64,000 bases of DNA from an uncultured Spirochaetota bacterium. Lineage in GTDB: Bacteria; Spirochaetota; Spirochaetia; SZUA-6; Fen-1364. The notes beneath the pieces were generated by a model that was not told where the DNA came from, did not search any database, and saw only the letters and a program-made list of their open reading frames with translations. The stretch is taken from NCBI GenBank assembly GCA_963820525.1, contig CAWGAA010000002.1:1-64000 (forward strand), read 5' to 3'. Shown here in pieces: positions 10,955-21,848 of the stretch. The position numbers and the translations under genes were made by a program. Positions within the stretch are counted from its first letter, which is position 1. Each line of letters starts with the position of its first letter.

Positions 10955-12341
10955 ATGAACACGGAAGAACGAGAGAAAAAAGCAAAACAGATAGCCGAGT
11001 TCCGCTACGGCCTGATCGCGGAGCTGGCCAACCCCTACCTCAAGCCCCAGGAGCTGCGGCTCCTGCTCAAGGAGAAAGCCTCCCGGGAGCACGATGTGCC
11101 CAATACGGGCCGCCGCAAACTCTCCCGTTCCTGCCTGCTGAAATGGCTTTCATCCTACCGAAAACGAGGAAAAGACGGCTTGATGCCCCGAAGAAGGCGG
11201 GACGCCGGATTCAGCCGCGCTCTGGCGCCCGCCGAAGCGGCGATCCTTCTGGGCTATCTGGAAAACCATCCCTATCTCACCGCCATGACGGCGTTGAAAA
11301 CCCTTCAGACCGAGGGCAAGATAACCGGGACCCTGTCCAGATCCTCCCTGTCGCGGCTGGTCCGTGCGGCTGGGCTTGAAAAAAACCTGCGAATCACTGC
11401 CGAACAGCGCGAGAAGAATCTGAAGTTTCAGTTTTTCTCCCCTCTTGAATGTGTCCAGGCCGACTGCATGTACAGCATGCGGGTCTCCGATGCCAAGGGT
11501 AAAAGCCGCCTCGCCGTCCTTCTCGCCTTCATCGACGACGCCACGCGACGCATCCTGTATGCGGCATTCGGCTTCAGTGAAAGCTCCACCGCCTTCGAGG
11601 CCGGCATCAAGCACATCCTTTCGGCCCACGGTCGAATCGGTCGGTTGTACGTGGACAACGGCAGCGGCTTCATCTGCGCTCAAACCCAGCGGATCCTCGA
11701 CACCCTGGGCATCGTTCTTATCCACTCCCGCCCCTACAAACCGGCAGGGCGCGGGAAGATCGAACGGTTCTGGCGGACTGCCCGCGAACAATTCTTCCGC
11801 CCTCTGGAGCCCAACTCAGTGAAAAGCATTGCCGATCTGGATACACGGTTTCACGCATGGCTGGAAGGCGAGTATCACAGAAGCCCCCACCGCGGCATAA
11901 ACGGCAAGACCCCCCTGGAGGCGTGGCTGGAGAAGGCCCATACCATCCTGCCGTCTGGACCCGACAGTGGACTTAGCCCAGGTGTTCCTCCACGAGGCCG
12001 GCCGTAAGGTCCACAAGGATTCCACCATCACCCTGGACGGCGTGCTCTACGAGGTGCCATCCACCCTCACCGGTGAGCGCATCCTGGTGCGCTACGACCC
12101 CAGTATCTGCCCCCACAGCGACGACGGCTGATGGTGTTCCACGGGGGCAAGCCCTGCGCGGAGGCCCGTATGGTCGATGCCTACGCCAATCCCACGTCAG
12201 ACGGGGTTCTCTGTGCAAGGATCTCGTTGTCGACTCCCCTGAGCAGCTCCCCACAACCAGAAGCCTACCGCCACTCCCCTGAAAGCTTCCCTGTCCGCCT
12301 CTCGGGTTCAGCTCGAAGCGAACAAGGAGGCGACGGAATGA
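10955..12341 (+). pseudogene. DDE integrase-type transposase, frameshifted in the C-terminal part
   Basis: AEFRYGLIA, VQAD, FIDDATR, LYVDNGS, GRGKIERFW; tail ITLDGVLYEVP lies in another frame. Confidence 0.88.
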
Positions 12342-13141
12342 ACTCCAAAGAGATGCTCAGCTATTTCGGCCTTGCCGCTTTGCCCTTCACCAAGGAGATC
12401 CCCACAGAACAGCTCTCGCTGCTTCCTTCGGTGGAGAAACACCTCGCCGCGGCACAGCTGCTTATCGATACCCGGGGCACGGGGGTCCTCGTCGGAAAGT
12501 CCGGCACCGGTAAAAGCTGCCTGCTTCGGTTGTCTGGCTTCACGGCTGCCTCCGGGTCTGTACAAACCGCTGTACCTCTGCCACACCTCCGTGGGAATCG
12601 TGGAGTTCTACACCCACCTCTCCAGCCTTTTCGGCCTTTCCCCCTGTTATCGCAGAGCCTCTATGTTCCGCGATCTCAAGGAGCATATCCAGTCCATGAA
12701 CAACTCCCGCCATGTGCACCCCGTGCTCATCATTGACGAGGCTCACCTGCTTAACAACGAAATCCTGGCGGAGATCAGACTTCTGACCAACTTCAACATC
12801 GATTCACTGAACGCCTTGACCGTCCTCCTCTGTGGGGCCGAAAGCCTTGCCCTTCGCTTTGGGCTTTCAGTCCTTGAAGCCCTGGCCAACTCGATCACTA
12901 TCACAATCTCCATCGACGGCCTCTCCCAACAGGAGAGTATCGCTACATCGAGGGACGCCTGTCCGCCTGCGGCGCCCGCATTCCCCTGTTCACCAAGAAC
13001 GCTCTGACCCTTGTTCACCAGGCATCGGGGGGAATCCTTCGCACCATCGGCACGGTCGCCAACGCCGCCCTTCTCAAAGCTTTCATGGCCAAGAGTCCTC
13101 AAGTGGAGGCGGAACATGTACAGGCGGTCATTCAACGCTGA
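12338..13141 (+). pseudogene. ExeA-like AAA+ ATPase (transposition helper), frameshifted
   Basis: YFGLAALPFTK, Walker A GKSGTGKS, Walker B LIIDEAHLL. Confidence 0.88.
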
Positions 13142-13162
13142 TTGCAGCGGCCTGGAAAATGC

Positions 13163-13196
13163 GGGAGTGTGGGGCGTACCTTGCACTCCCTTTTTT
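13163..13196 (+). terminator. Rho-independent terminator after the ATPase gene
   Basis: gggagtg...cactccc stem followed by T6. Confidence 0.7.
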
Positions 13197-13986
13197 ATTG
13201 TCCCTTAAAAACGGATGAGACAATAATGCGGGAATTGAGAAAATATCGCGGTCATTTTTAAAACCGGATCGCGGGATTCCCGCGGACAGAAAAGCGGGTG
13301 ACTACAACTCCTCCAGCACCTCCCAGAGCCCCGCACGAGATTGATCCGTGCCTACGGATTGTACTCCTCACGCGCTCGGGGTACGTGGCTGCGGATGCCC
13401 TACCTTGTACGTCTCGCCCCTGAGGGGTGGAAGCAGGATCATTCGCCTCCGCCTTCAGCTTGCGTCGGTGCCCCCGGCGAGCCCCAACCGGACTGTTCGG
13501 TTTCCGCGATGGAGTGCCGCTCCGCGTGGGCTCGCCTTATTGCGAAGGTCTACGAGGTCGATCCCTTGGTCTGTCTCAGCTGCGGCGCAGCGATGCGCGT
13601 CTTGGCCGTCATCACCGAGCCGCAGCAGGTCCTCAAGATCCTGCGCCACCTCGTGAAGATCGGTACGCCGCCACCCGGCTTAGACCCTGCTTCCCTCAAC
13701 TGACCCTTGTCTTCTTAGCAAGCCTGGGGCACCTATGAACAGTGTCGAGAGCCCATTTCTCGTCGTTCCCTTTTGCGGGACTAGTCTGGCTTTTCTTTAT
13801 GCCCGAAGGCCGCGTAGCCCCATCTGTTGGCCCATATTGTTTCCCATTCCTCATTCTCGGCCCGATATGTTCTTGCTGAAGATCACTCAACTTGCCTGTG
13901 ATGGGTTGCAACCGCACTCCGGGCGAGCTCGTCCCGCCAGTCGCTTGCTATGCCCAGACAACACCCTTATAGTAGTTCCTATCGTT

Positions 13987-14816
13987 AACTCCTCCAGCAC
14001 CTCCCAGAGCCCCGCACGAGGTTGATCCGTGCCTACGGATTGTACTCCTCACGCGCTCGGGGTACGTGGCTGCGGATGCCCTACCTTGTACGTCTCGCCC
14101 CTGAGGGGTGGAAGCAGGATCATTCGCCTCCGCCTTCAGCTTGCGTCGGTGCTCCCGGCGAGCCCCAATCGGACTGTTCGGTCTCCGCGATGGAGTGCCG
14201 CTCCACGTGGGCTCGCCTTATTGCGAAGGTCTACGAGGTCGATCCCTTGGTCTGTCTCAGCTGCGGCGCAGCGATGCGCGTCTTGGCCGTCATCACCGAG
14301 CCGCAGCAGGTCCTCAAGATCCTGCGCCACCTCGTGAAGATCGGTACGCCGCCACCCGGCTTAGACCCTGCTTCCCTCAACTGACCCTTGTCTTCTTAGC
14401 AAGCCTGGGGCACCTATGAACAGTGTCGAGAGCCCATTTCTCGTCGTTCCCTTTTGCGGGACTAGTCTGGCTTTTCTTTATGCCCGAAGGCCGCGTAGCC
14501 CCATCTGTTGGCCCATATTGTTTCCCATTCCTCATTCTCGGCCCGATATGTTCTTGCTGAAGATCACTCAACTTGCCTGTGATGGGTTGCAACCGCACTC
14601 CGGGCGAGCTCGTCCCGCCAGTCGCTTGCTATGCCCAGACAACACCCTTATAGTAGTTCCTATCGTTCATTCTCGGCCCGATATGTTCTTGCTGAAGATC
14701 ACTCAACTTGCCTGTGATGGGTTGCAACCGCACTCCGGGCGAGCTCGTCCCGCCAGTCGCTTGCTATGCCCAGACAACACCCTTATAGTAGTTCCTATCG
14801 TTTAGTTCCTATCGTT
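13987..14816 (+). repeat. Three nested tandem duplications of the family A right end (681, 135 and 14 bp)
   Basis: 13987..14667, 14668..14802 and 14803..14816 each end in gttcctatcGTT. Confidence 0.95.
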
Positions 14817-14874
14817 AGGTTAGACAAAGCGACTCACATATCCTAAAGTAAGTCAGAGTCGAAAGGAGCAGATA

Positions 14875-15132
14875 ATGGCAAGGGGATACTTTGGATATTG
14901 CAAATACAATTCTACAAGCCCGTCTCAGGCAGACCTAAGATCCAAAACGAAAGTTCTGAATGTCTATCTCAGTTTTGAAGATGCCCTGAAGCTGAATTTC
15001 GCAATGCAGAAGTGCCTTCTGCAACTCGCCTCATCCAACCATCGCGGGGGGAAAGGCAAGAGCAAGGGGCTTTCTCTCGCAGTCTGCCTTGGGAGGCCAG
15101 CAATAATGGTCACAGAATTTCCCAGGGACTAA
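14875..15132 (+). CDS. Small hypothetical protein
   Basis: 85 aa ORF with RBS aaggag, directly downstream of the ori stack. Confidence 0.6.
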   Translation: MARGYFGYCKYNSTSPSQADLRSKTKVLNVYLSFEDALKLNFAMQKCLLQLASSNHRGGKGKSKGLSLAVCLGRPAIMVTEFPRD

Positions 15133-15460
15133 CGAGGCTGTTACGAAACCCCCTCAATCCAACATCCAGACTACGGCGCAAGTCCAAGGGGCCAACGCCC
15201 ATACGGATTGCGCCACTGCCTCCCCGGTACCCCCAAGCGCAGACTGCCACTGCCTACTACCGGTGCTGCACCGTTGGCAAACCCAACTTACTCCGTCCAG
15301 GATTGCCCCAGGACGCCAGTGGCGGGCCGTGGTGCGATTTTCCGTTGGATTGACGTATCACTTTTGCCCTAGGCGCGCGCAACTTAGTGTTACGGCTCAG
15401 TCGGATGAAAACAAGACGGGTACCTCGGATCTGGTAGATGGCTAGGAGGTCGGAACGGAC

Positions 15461-15949
15461 GTGGACACCTCCGCGAAGGTACTGCGTATCCACGCCAGCT
15501 ATGTCGATGTGGACGGCGAGCGCGATCAGGCCAAGCACGGAAGCAACCGCGACGTTCCCCTACCGTCTGCGGTGAGTGAAGCGCTGGAGGACTGGCGCAG
15601 TGAGCCACCAGCTACGCGGCCTGAGAATTGGGTTAGCTGCGATACCGAGCAGCCCAACCAGCCCATGCGTGCGGACCTCATTCGTGAGGCTTACTACGCG
15701 GCCTTGATTGACATTGGCATCAAGAATCGAGAGGCCCGACGGATTGTGTTTCACTCCCTGAGGTACTGGTACAACACCCAACTCCGCGGCTCGATCCCTG
15801 AAGCTGTTCTCCGTCGGTTCACCGGGCACCACAGTGAGGAGATGACGGACCTGTACGACGCGGGGAAAGAGATTGATTTTCAGAAGGCACGAGCTCGACT
15901 GGAGGAACTGGCTAAGTCGCCGGAAAAGAAGAAGGCAGCAAAGAACTAG
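15461..15949 (+). pseudogene. C-terminal catalytic fragment of a tyrosine recombinase/integrase
   Basis: IVFHSLRYWYNT and FTGHHSEEMTDLY (H-x-x-R, H, Y residues); N-terminus missing. Confidence 0.8.
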
Positions 15950-16017
15950 CCGACTTGACGGGCGGCCCAGAGGCGACATCAAAAACGGATCACAACCCCA
16001 GACTGGAGGTGAACAAA

Positions 16018-16725
16018 ATGCCCGACGACCGGAAGGTGCTGCCTCTCAAAGAGGCATACAGTTATGCGGCTTCTCATGGGTTTGATAAGGAAGTATCAGA
16101 GATACGGGATATGGAAATTTAGTGGGATCTTTCGTACTCATCGTCCCTAAGACGTGGCTACATTATTGACCTTCTATCAAATAATAACCTGTTCGATGAC
16201 TTCAAACAGCAATTCTGGCCTTCTGGCAACTCGAGCTGGGGAGAGAGCCGGTCGAGATTTTGGCGCTCTCTCAAGCCGCGCTACATCAGTTTCCTGGAAG
16301 GAAAGAGTCCTGAGACGGCAGAAGAAGAAGAGGACAGCGACAAGGAATTTGCAGCTGAGGCTGATCTACGTGATTTTCTTGCAAACAATCTTGACTGTGT
16401 CGAGCCCGGCCTCCGTTTATATTCTTGTGATGACAAGTACGGGATTGAATACCCAATAGATGACGGTCGAATCGACATTCTTGCCACCGACAAGGATGAC
16501 AGATATGTTGTTTTTGAGCTGAAGCTGACTAGGGGAAGAAACAAGACGCTCGGTCAACTTCTATACTACATGGGATGGATTGACAAGAACCTAGGGAAAG
16601 CTCCATGCCGCGGTATCATCATCGCAAAGGATATCTCTGATGATCTAGTCCTCGCAGTCCAGAGAGTAAACGACGTGTCATTATATCGATATAAACTCAG
16701 CGTGTCCGTCGAGCTCGTCAGATGA
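16018..16725 (+). pseudogene. NucS/EndoMS-like PD-(D/E)xK endonuclease domain protein with one in-frame TAG (16120-16122)
   Basis: Hand translation: RBS ggaggt, ATG 16018, EADLRDFLANNL..IEYPIDDGRIDILATD..VVFELK..KTLGQLLYYMGW, TGA 16723-16725. Not in the ORF track. Confidence 0.85.
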
Positions 16726-17047
16726 TATTGACTTCTACCGTGTGAAGGTAACGAAAGCCATTACTTCGTCGTCGCCCTAAGTAGTCCGTTGTTGATAACT
16801 ATATTACGGGACAACAAATAGATCAAGCACAGTGTTGACTGATGTTGCCGCGAACTCCCTAATGTTGCGGTGTTTGTACCCTCTCAGGGTGACACTCGGG
16901 GTGACACTTGAAGCACATAATAGCATCACCCTTTCCTGTCCAGAATTCGACATCTGCTCAGTCCAGAAACGGTGTCACATTGAGAACCGTGAGGAACCGC
17001 CAGAAGCCAGGTCGTTTTTCGAGTCCTTGAAACGAAAGGGCCATTCA

Positions 17048-17098
17048 GTCTAGAAGAGGACTTGAACTTCCATGCCCTTGCGAACACTAGACCCTGAA
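17048..17098 (-). other. 3' half of a tRNA-Leu(CAG)-like gene, probable integrase att core
   Basis: Minus strand reads ttCAGggtctag-tgttcgcaagggca-tggaagTTCAAGTcctct: anticodon loop, long variable arm, T loop. No D arm or 5' half. Confidence 0.75.
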
Positions 17099-17412
17099 AG
17101 TGGCCGAGGCGATGTCAGGGCGGCAGTTCCTCTGTCGTGCATTGTAGCTCTATGTCGCTAATTGCAATTTCGGAAAAAACATAGATCAAGTGCCTCGTGT
17201 TAGGATGTTTCTTCATGTAGCTCTCAATCCTTCAAGTGGACTCCTCTCAGGGTCAGACTCAAGGTCAGAGTAGGAGATGAACTTGCGGTAGCCAGTATGC
17301 TGTCGCCCAGTGTTTCCGGTCTGGCTGTGTTCCTAAAAAGAACGAAGCTATAATTTGTTCTTTTGATCAAACAGCTTTATGCCCGGAAATATTTTTTGTA
17401 ACATCATGAGAT

Positions 17413-17467
17413 AACCCCAGCCTGGACTCCTGCGAAGCACCCGGCAGGCCCGATAATTGTTACTACC
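17413..17467 (+). mobile_element. Isolated ori end (about 55 bp) of IS91-like family B
   Basis: Matches 24939..24993 (ccagcctggactcctgcgaagcacccg.caggccc.ataattgttactacc), both followed by ATT. Confidence 0.85.
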
Positions 17468-17486
17468 ATTCAAAACCCTTGCCCCA

Positions 17487-17777
17487 CTACTTGATCCGCT
17501 CAGCTTCCGAGAACGCGGCGAAAATACCCTCATTCGGGAAACGGCGCGCCACATCCACTATGACTGACCTTGCCGCCTCAATGCCCGCGTCGTCCAGGTA
17601 GCTTATCAGCATGAAGTTCAGCTCTGGCCAGACCTGCGTCCCGTCCTTGTGGGTTCTCGTGCCCCTGCCCTCAATCCGGGGTAAAAGGGTGAACTCGATG
17701 CCTTTAATGGCCGCAGCGAGACCGTCCACGAGCTCGGACTGAACGGCCTCGCATGCGATCAATTCCAGTCGCTTCAT
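17487..17777 (-). CDS. P-II-like transporter-associated small protein
   Basis: 96 aa, TLLPRIEGRG..HKDGTQVWPELN; last gene of the RND operon. Confidence 0.7.
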   Translation of the reverse strand: MKRLELIACEAVQSELVDGLAAAIKGIEFTLLPRIEGRGTRTHKDGTQVWPELNFMLISYLDDAGIEAARSVIVDVARRFPNEGIFAAFSEAERIK

Positions 17778-20700
17778 AGCGTGCCCTTCCTTTTTGCGTC
17801 CCTCATGTTCACGATGTAGTAGACGACGGGAACAATGACCAGCGTGATGATGGTCGCCGTGACCAGGCCGCCGAGCACGGCCAACCCGATCGGCTGGGTG
17901 ATGTTGGAGTTGTCCGAGGGGAAAAAGGCCATCGGGATTTCGCCGATGATCATCGCTCCGGCGGTGATCAGAACGGGGCGGAAACGGGTTGCCCCGCCCT
18001 CAATGCAGGCGTCCATCAACCCGGCGCCGCGGGCGCGCAGGAGGTTCGTGCAGTCGACAAGGAGGATGCCGTTGTTGACCACGATGCCGATCAACATGAC
18101 GACGCCCAGCATGGTGAACATGTTCAGGGTTTGTCCCACGATGAAATAGATCCCGAGGACCCCGATGATCATTATGGGAACTGTGGCCAGGTTGATGATC
18201 GGGTCCTTCAGGGATTCGTACTGGGCCGCCATGACGCCCCAGACGAGGATTATGCAGAGGACAATGATCGCGAGGATGGTCTGGGCCTGGGAGGCCATCT
18301 CGCTCCAGGATCCGGTATAGCTGATCGAGACGTCGTCCGGTACGATAATTCGGGACTTGATGAGGGATTGTATTTTCGCCTCGACCTTGTTCGCCTGTTT
18401 TCCCGGCGCAAGGCTTCCCGAAAGATCGACCGTACGGGTCTGGTCCGTCCGGTGGACCTGAACGAGCCCTGCCGTCTTTTTCAGCGCGACGAGGCTCGAC
18501 AACGGGACGCGGGAGCTCGAGTTGCTGAGCACGAAAACTTTGTTCAGGTCCACGGTCTTTGTCCTGTCGGAGGGCTGGAGCCGCACCCAGACGTCGTACT
18601 CTTCGCCCCCCCTGCGGAACACCGTGGATTGGTATCCCTTCATGGCGTCGCGGATCTCGGCCGCGATCGTGGAGACCGAGATGCCGAAGGAGGCCGCCCG
18701 CCGCCTGTCGATCTGGACCTCGATCTGGGGGAGCCCGCTATTCGTGTCGGTCTCGGGCTCCAAGACCTCGGGGACGTCGGACTTTATCAGGACGAGGATC
18801 TCGTTCGCGGTTTTCACCAGCGCATCATAGTTGTTCGAGGTGAGGGTGACGTCGATGTCTTTGCGTTCGGACAGGGGGTGACCCATTTGAAAACTGAAAG
18901 ATGCATTCGGGTAATCCTTGAAATGGGCGCGAAGTTTCTTCTGTATCGTCATGAAGTCGTCGATACGCTGCGAGCCACTAGGAATAGTGACAACGAGGCT
19001 GCCTTTGTAGCTAGAGCTTGTGGAGAAAAAACCGCCGGTCGCGCCGCTTGTGGCGATGATGTTCTTCACCCCCTTCAACTCCTCCTTCGCGATTTCCGCG
19101 AACTTCAGGACGACCGCTTCAGTCTGTGTAAAAGGCGTTCCCAGGGGCATGGTGACGTTGAGGGTGACGGAATTCTCATGCATGGTGGGAGTGAAAATGA
19201 TCGTGATGCGGGGGAGAAAAAGAGGATCGAGCCGACGATCAGAGCGAGGATGACGAATACCGTAGTTGCGCGATGCTTCAGGCATGAAATCAGGAGACGC
19301 CGGTAGCCGCGGTTCACCGCATTGATCCCTCTGTCTATCAACGTGTCGAAGAAGACGAGGACCGGATTCTTCAAAGGCTTTTCACCCCGCGTGGTGAGCG
19401 GAAGGTAACGGCTTGCGAGAACCGGCACGAGGGTGACGGCAACCACAAGGCTCACGAGGTTGGAGATGATAATCGTGAACACCATGTCCTTGAACATGAT
19501 TCCCATCATCCCGAGCTTGTTGATGAACATGACGATCGGGAGGAAAGCGACGACGGTTGTAAGCACGCCGGCGGTGACGGCCACCAGCACCTCCTGGCTG
19601 CCGATGTTGGCCGCCACGAGCGCTTTTGTGCCGCGTTTGCGATAGATAGAGATGCTGTCTATGATGACGATGGAGGCGTCAACGATGCTCCCGATGCTCA
19701 CGAGGAGCCCCGCCATGGTCATCATGTTGAGCGTGAAGCCCGCGAAATACATGGAAAGGAGGGTGACGAGAATGGCGATCGGAAGGGTGATGCCGATGAT
19801 GATCGTACTCTTGATGTTCCTGAGGAAGAAAAAGACGAAGAAAATCGTGAGGGCAGCGCCCTCGACGATGGCTTGCATCAGGTCGTTGATGGCGGACCTG
19901 ATCTGGATCGAGGTGTCATTGATAATCTCAAGCTTCACGTCCGAGGGGAGCACCTGCTTGAGTTGCACGATGGACTTGTAGACGTTGTTCGCCACGCTCA
20001 CCGTGTTCTGGCCGCTTTGCTTGCTGACGGAGACATAGACCCCGGGGGTGCCGTTGATATAGACCGAGGTCTCGACGTCCTTGTAGCCGTCGAAGACGGT
20101 CGCCACGTCCTTCAGCCTGATCGGCACGCCGTTCTTCATTGCGATCTGCGCGTTGGCGATGTCCTCGTCAATGGTGGAGAATGCGCCCGTTGTCCTGATC
20201 GCGTACTCGGTCTTGCCTTCGATGATCTTTCCGGCGCCGAGCTCCACGTTCTGATCGGCAAGGGCGGAGGATATGTCGCTGATCGTGATTCCATAGGCCT
20301 CCAGACGGTTCCGCGATATGTCTACCCGGACCGCCTCCTCCCTGCCTCCGACCACCGACACCTGTGAAACCCCGGAGGTCCCCGCGAATTTCGTCTCCAC
20401 GATATCCTCGGCGATCTTTTTCAGTTCCTCGGTGCTGCGGTTTCCCCGGACAGCGACCTTGACGATCGGCATCGTATTGGGATCTATCTTGATAATGGTG
20501 GGTCTGTCCGCTTCGCTGGGGAGGCTGTCCACGACGGTATCGACCTTGTCGCGAATGTCGTTGGCCGCCTTATCGAGGTCCTTCCCGTAGTCGAACTCTA
20601 TCGTGATAAAGCTCATTCCGTCCGACGAGGTCGAGGTCATGCTCTTCATACCCTGGACGTTGGACAGACCCTTTTCCAGGATTTTCGTCACATTCTTCTC

Positions 20701-20877
20701 CACGGTTTCGGGCCCCGCGCCTGTGTAGGTGGTGGTTACCATGACAAAAGGCGGCGAGGAGGTGGGCAAAAGATCGAGCGGGATCGATGAGATCGAATAG
20801 AGTGCGAGAACGACCACAATGGTAAAAGCGACCGTTATGAAGATCGGCCGTTTGACGACGCGCTGTGCAAGGGTCAT
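17774..20877 (-). pseudogene. RND efflux inner-membrane subunit (AcrB family), one frameshift near 19215
   Basis: VKRPIF, LNMMTMAGL..IVDASIVII, IGIVVNNGILLVD, TRFRPVLIT; split between ORFs 19105..20877 and 17774..19285. Confidence 0.9.
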
Positions 20878-21842
20878 TTTCCCTCCCCCTTCACGACCGT
20901 GACCGTCGTTCCGTCGGAGAGACGGTCCTGGCCCTCGTAAACCACCTGCTCGCCCGCGGAAAGCCCATCGAGAATGGCCATATCCTCGTCCACGGTGCTG
21001 CCGGTCTTGACGACGCGCTTTTCCGCAATGGAGTTTCCCGCATTGTCCGCGACGACGAAGACGAAGGTTTCGATATTCCGTGTGATCACGGCCGAAGCGG
21101 GAATTACGACATGGCCGGCGATCGGGGAGGTAAAGAGGCGGACCTCCGCGTACATGCCGGCGCTGATCCGATCGTCTTTCTTGGTAAAAACGAGGTTGAT
21201 TTCCCTGGTCCGGCTCGTCGCGTCGAGGACGGGACTGACGCGGGAAACGACGGCTGCAAAGGTTTCATCCGGAAGCGCCTCCAAGGAAATCGTCGCTTTG
21301 ATGCCCGTTTTCGCCTTCGCCGAATCCCGCTCGGGGAGCTGTACGACGATCTTGAGATCATCGATGATGCCGACCGTGGCGATCGAGCTTGAGGTGGTGA
21401 CGGTTTGGCCCCGTTCTGCCAGTATGCTCGTGATCGTTCCCGTAATTGGTGCAACGACCTCGCTGATCGCGTAATTGGAGCCCGGTTTGGAGGGATCGAC
21501 CCTGGCGATAGTCTGGCCCTTGGAGACCGAGTCTCCGAGGGCGACCGGGTAGTCGACGAGCCTGCCGCCGATATCCGGGTAGACGGCCACATTGACGTTG
21601 GCCTCCACATCGCCGCTCTCGTCGATGTACGGCCTCAGCGTCTTGACCGCGGCGATCATGGTCTTGACGACCCGCGCCTCTCCGGACTGGGCGTCCCCCG
21701 GAGCCTCCATTCCCATGGGGGGCGATTTTAGGGCTGCGGATGACGCGCCACTGGCGTTCCCCTTCTTTGTCGCGAAATATGCGATGCCGCCGGCTATGAC
21801 GACGATGACGATGAATATGGTGATGAAGTGTCTGGTTTTCAT
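20874..21842 (-). CDS. RND efflux periplasmic adaptor (membrane fusion protein)
   Basis: N-terminal TM helix, VVAPITGTI, SPVLDATSRT, GLSAGEQVVYEGQ. Confidence 0.9.
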   Translation of the reverse strand: MKTRHFITIFIVIVVIAGGIAYFATKKGNASGASSAALKSPPMGMEAPGDAQSGEARVVKTMIAAVKTLRPYIDESGDVEANVNVAVYPDIGGRLVDYPVALGDSVSKGQTIARVDPSKPGSNYAISEVVAPITGTITSILAERGQTVTTSSSIATVGIIDDLKIVVQLPERDSAKAKTGIKATISLEALPDETFAAVVSRVSPVLDATSRTREINLVFTKKDDRISAGMYAEVRLFTSPIAGHVVIPASAVITRNIETFVFVVADNAGNSIAEKRVVKTGSTVDEDMAILDGLSAGEQVVYEGQDRLSDGTTVTVVKGEGK

Positions 21843-21848
21843 GGCGTC

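Larger units (their letters stand above)
10160..13306 (+). mobile_element. Three-gene DDE transposon (Zn-finger ORF, Mu/IS481-like transposase, ExeA-like AAA ATPase)
   Basis: Ends TGTAGatgCCCGC and GCGGGtgaCTACA are imperfect inverted repeats. 5-bp target duplication ACTCC at 10155-10159 and 13307-13311. Confidence 0.9.
9504..13983 (+). mobile_element. IS91/ISCR-like family A, left-truncated copy interrupted by a 3147-bp transposon
   Basis: 9504..10159 and 13307..13983 match the full copy. Same left breakpoint (ttGTTCg) as the 5745 copy. Confidence 0.92.

Noticed and set aside
13987..14816. CRISPR array
   Set aside because: Repeat units are nested pieces of the IS end with unequal lengths, no unique spacers and no cas genes.
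15461..15949. Integron integrase
   Set aside because: Only a C-terminal fragment; I see no IntI-specific insertion, and the context (tRNA att site) fits a phage/ICE integrase.
17048..17098. Functional tRNA-Leu gene
   Set aside because: The 5' half and D arm are absent and the T stem has a mismatch.
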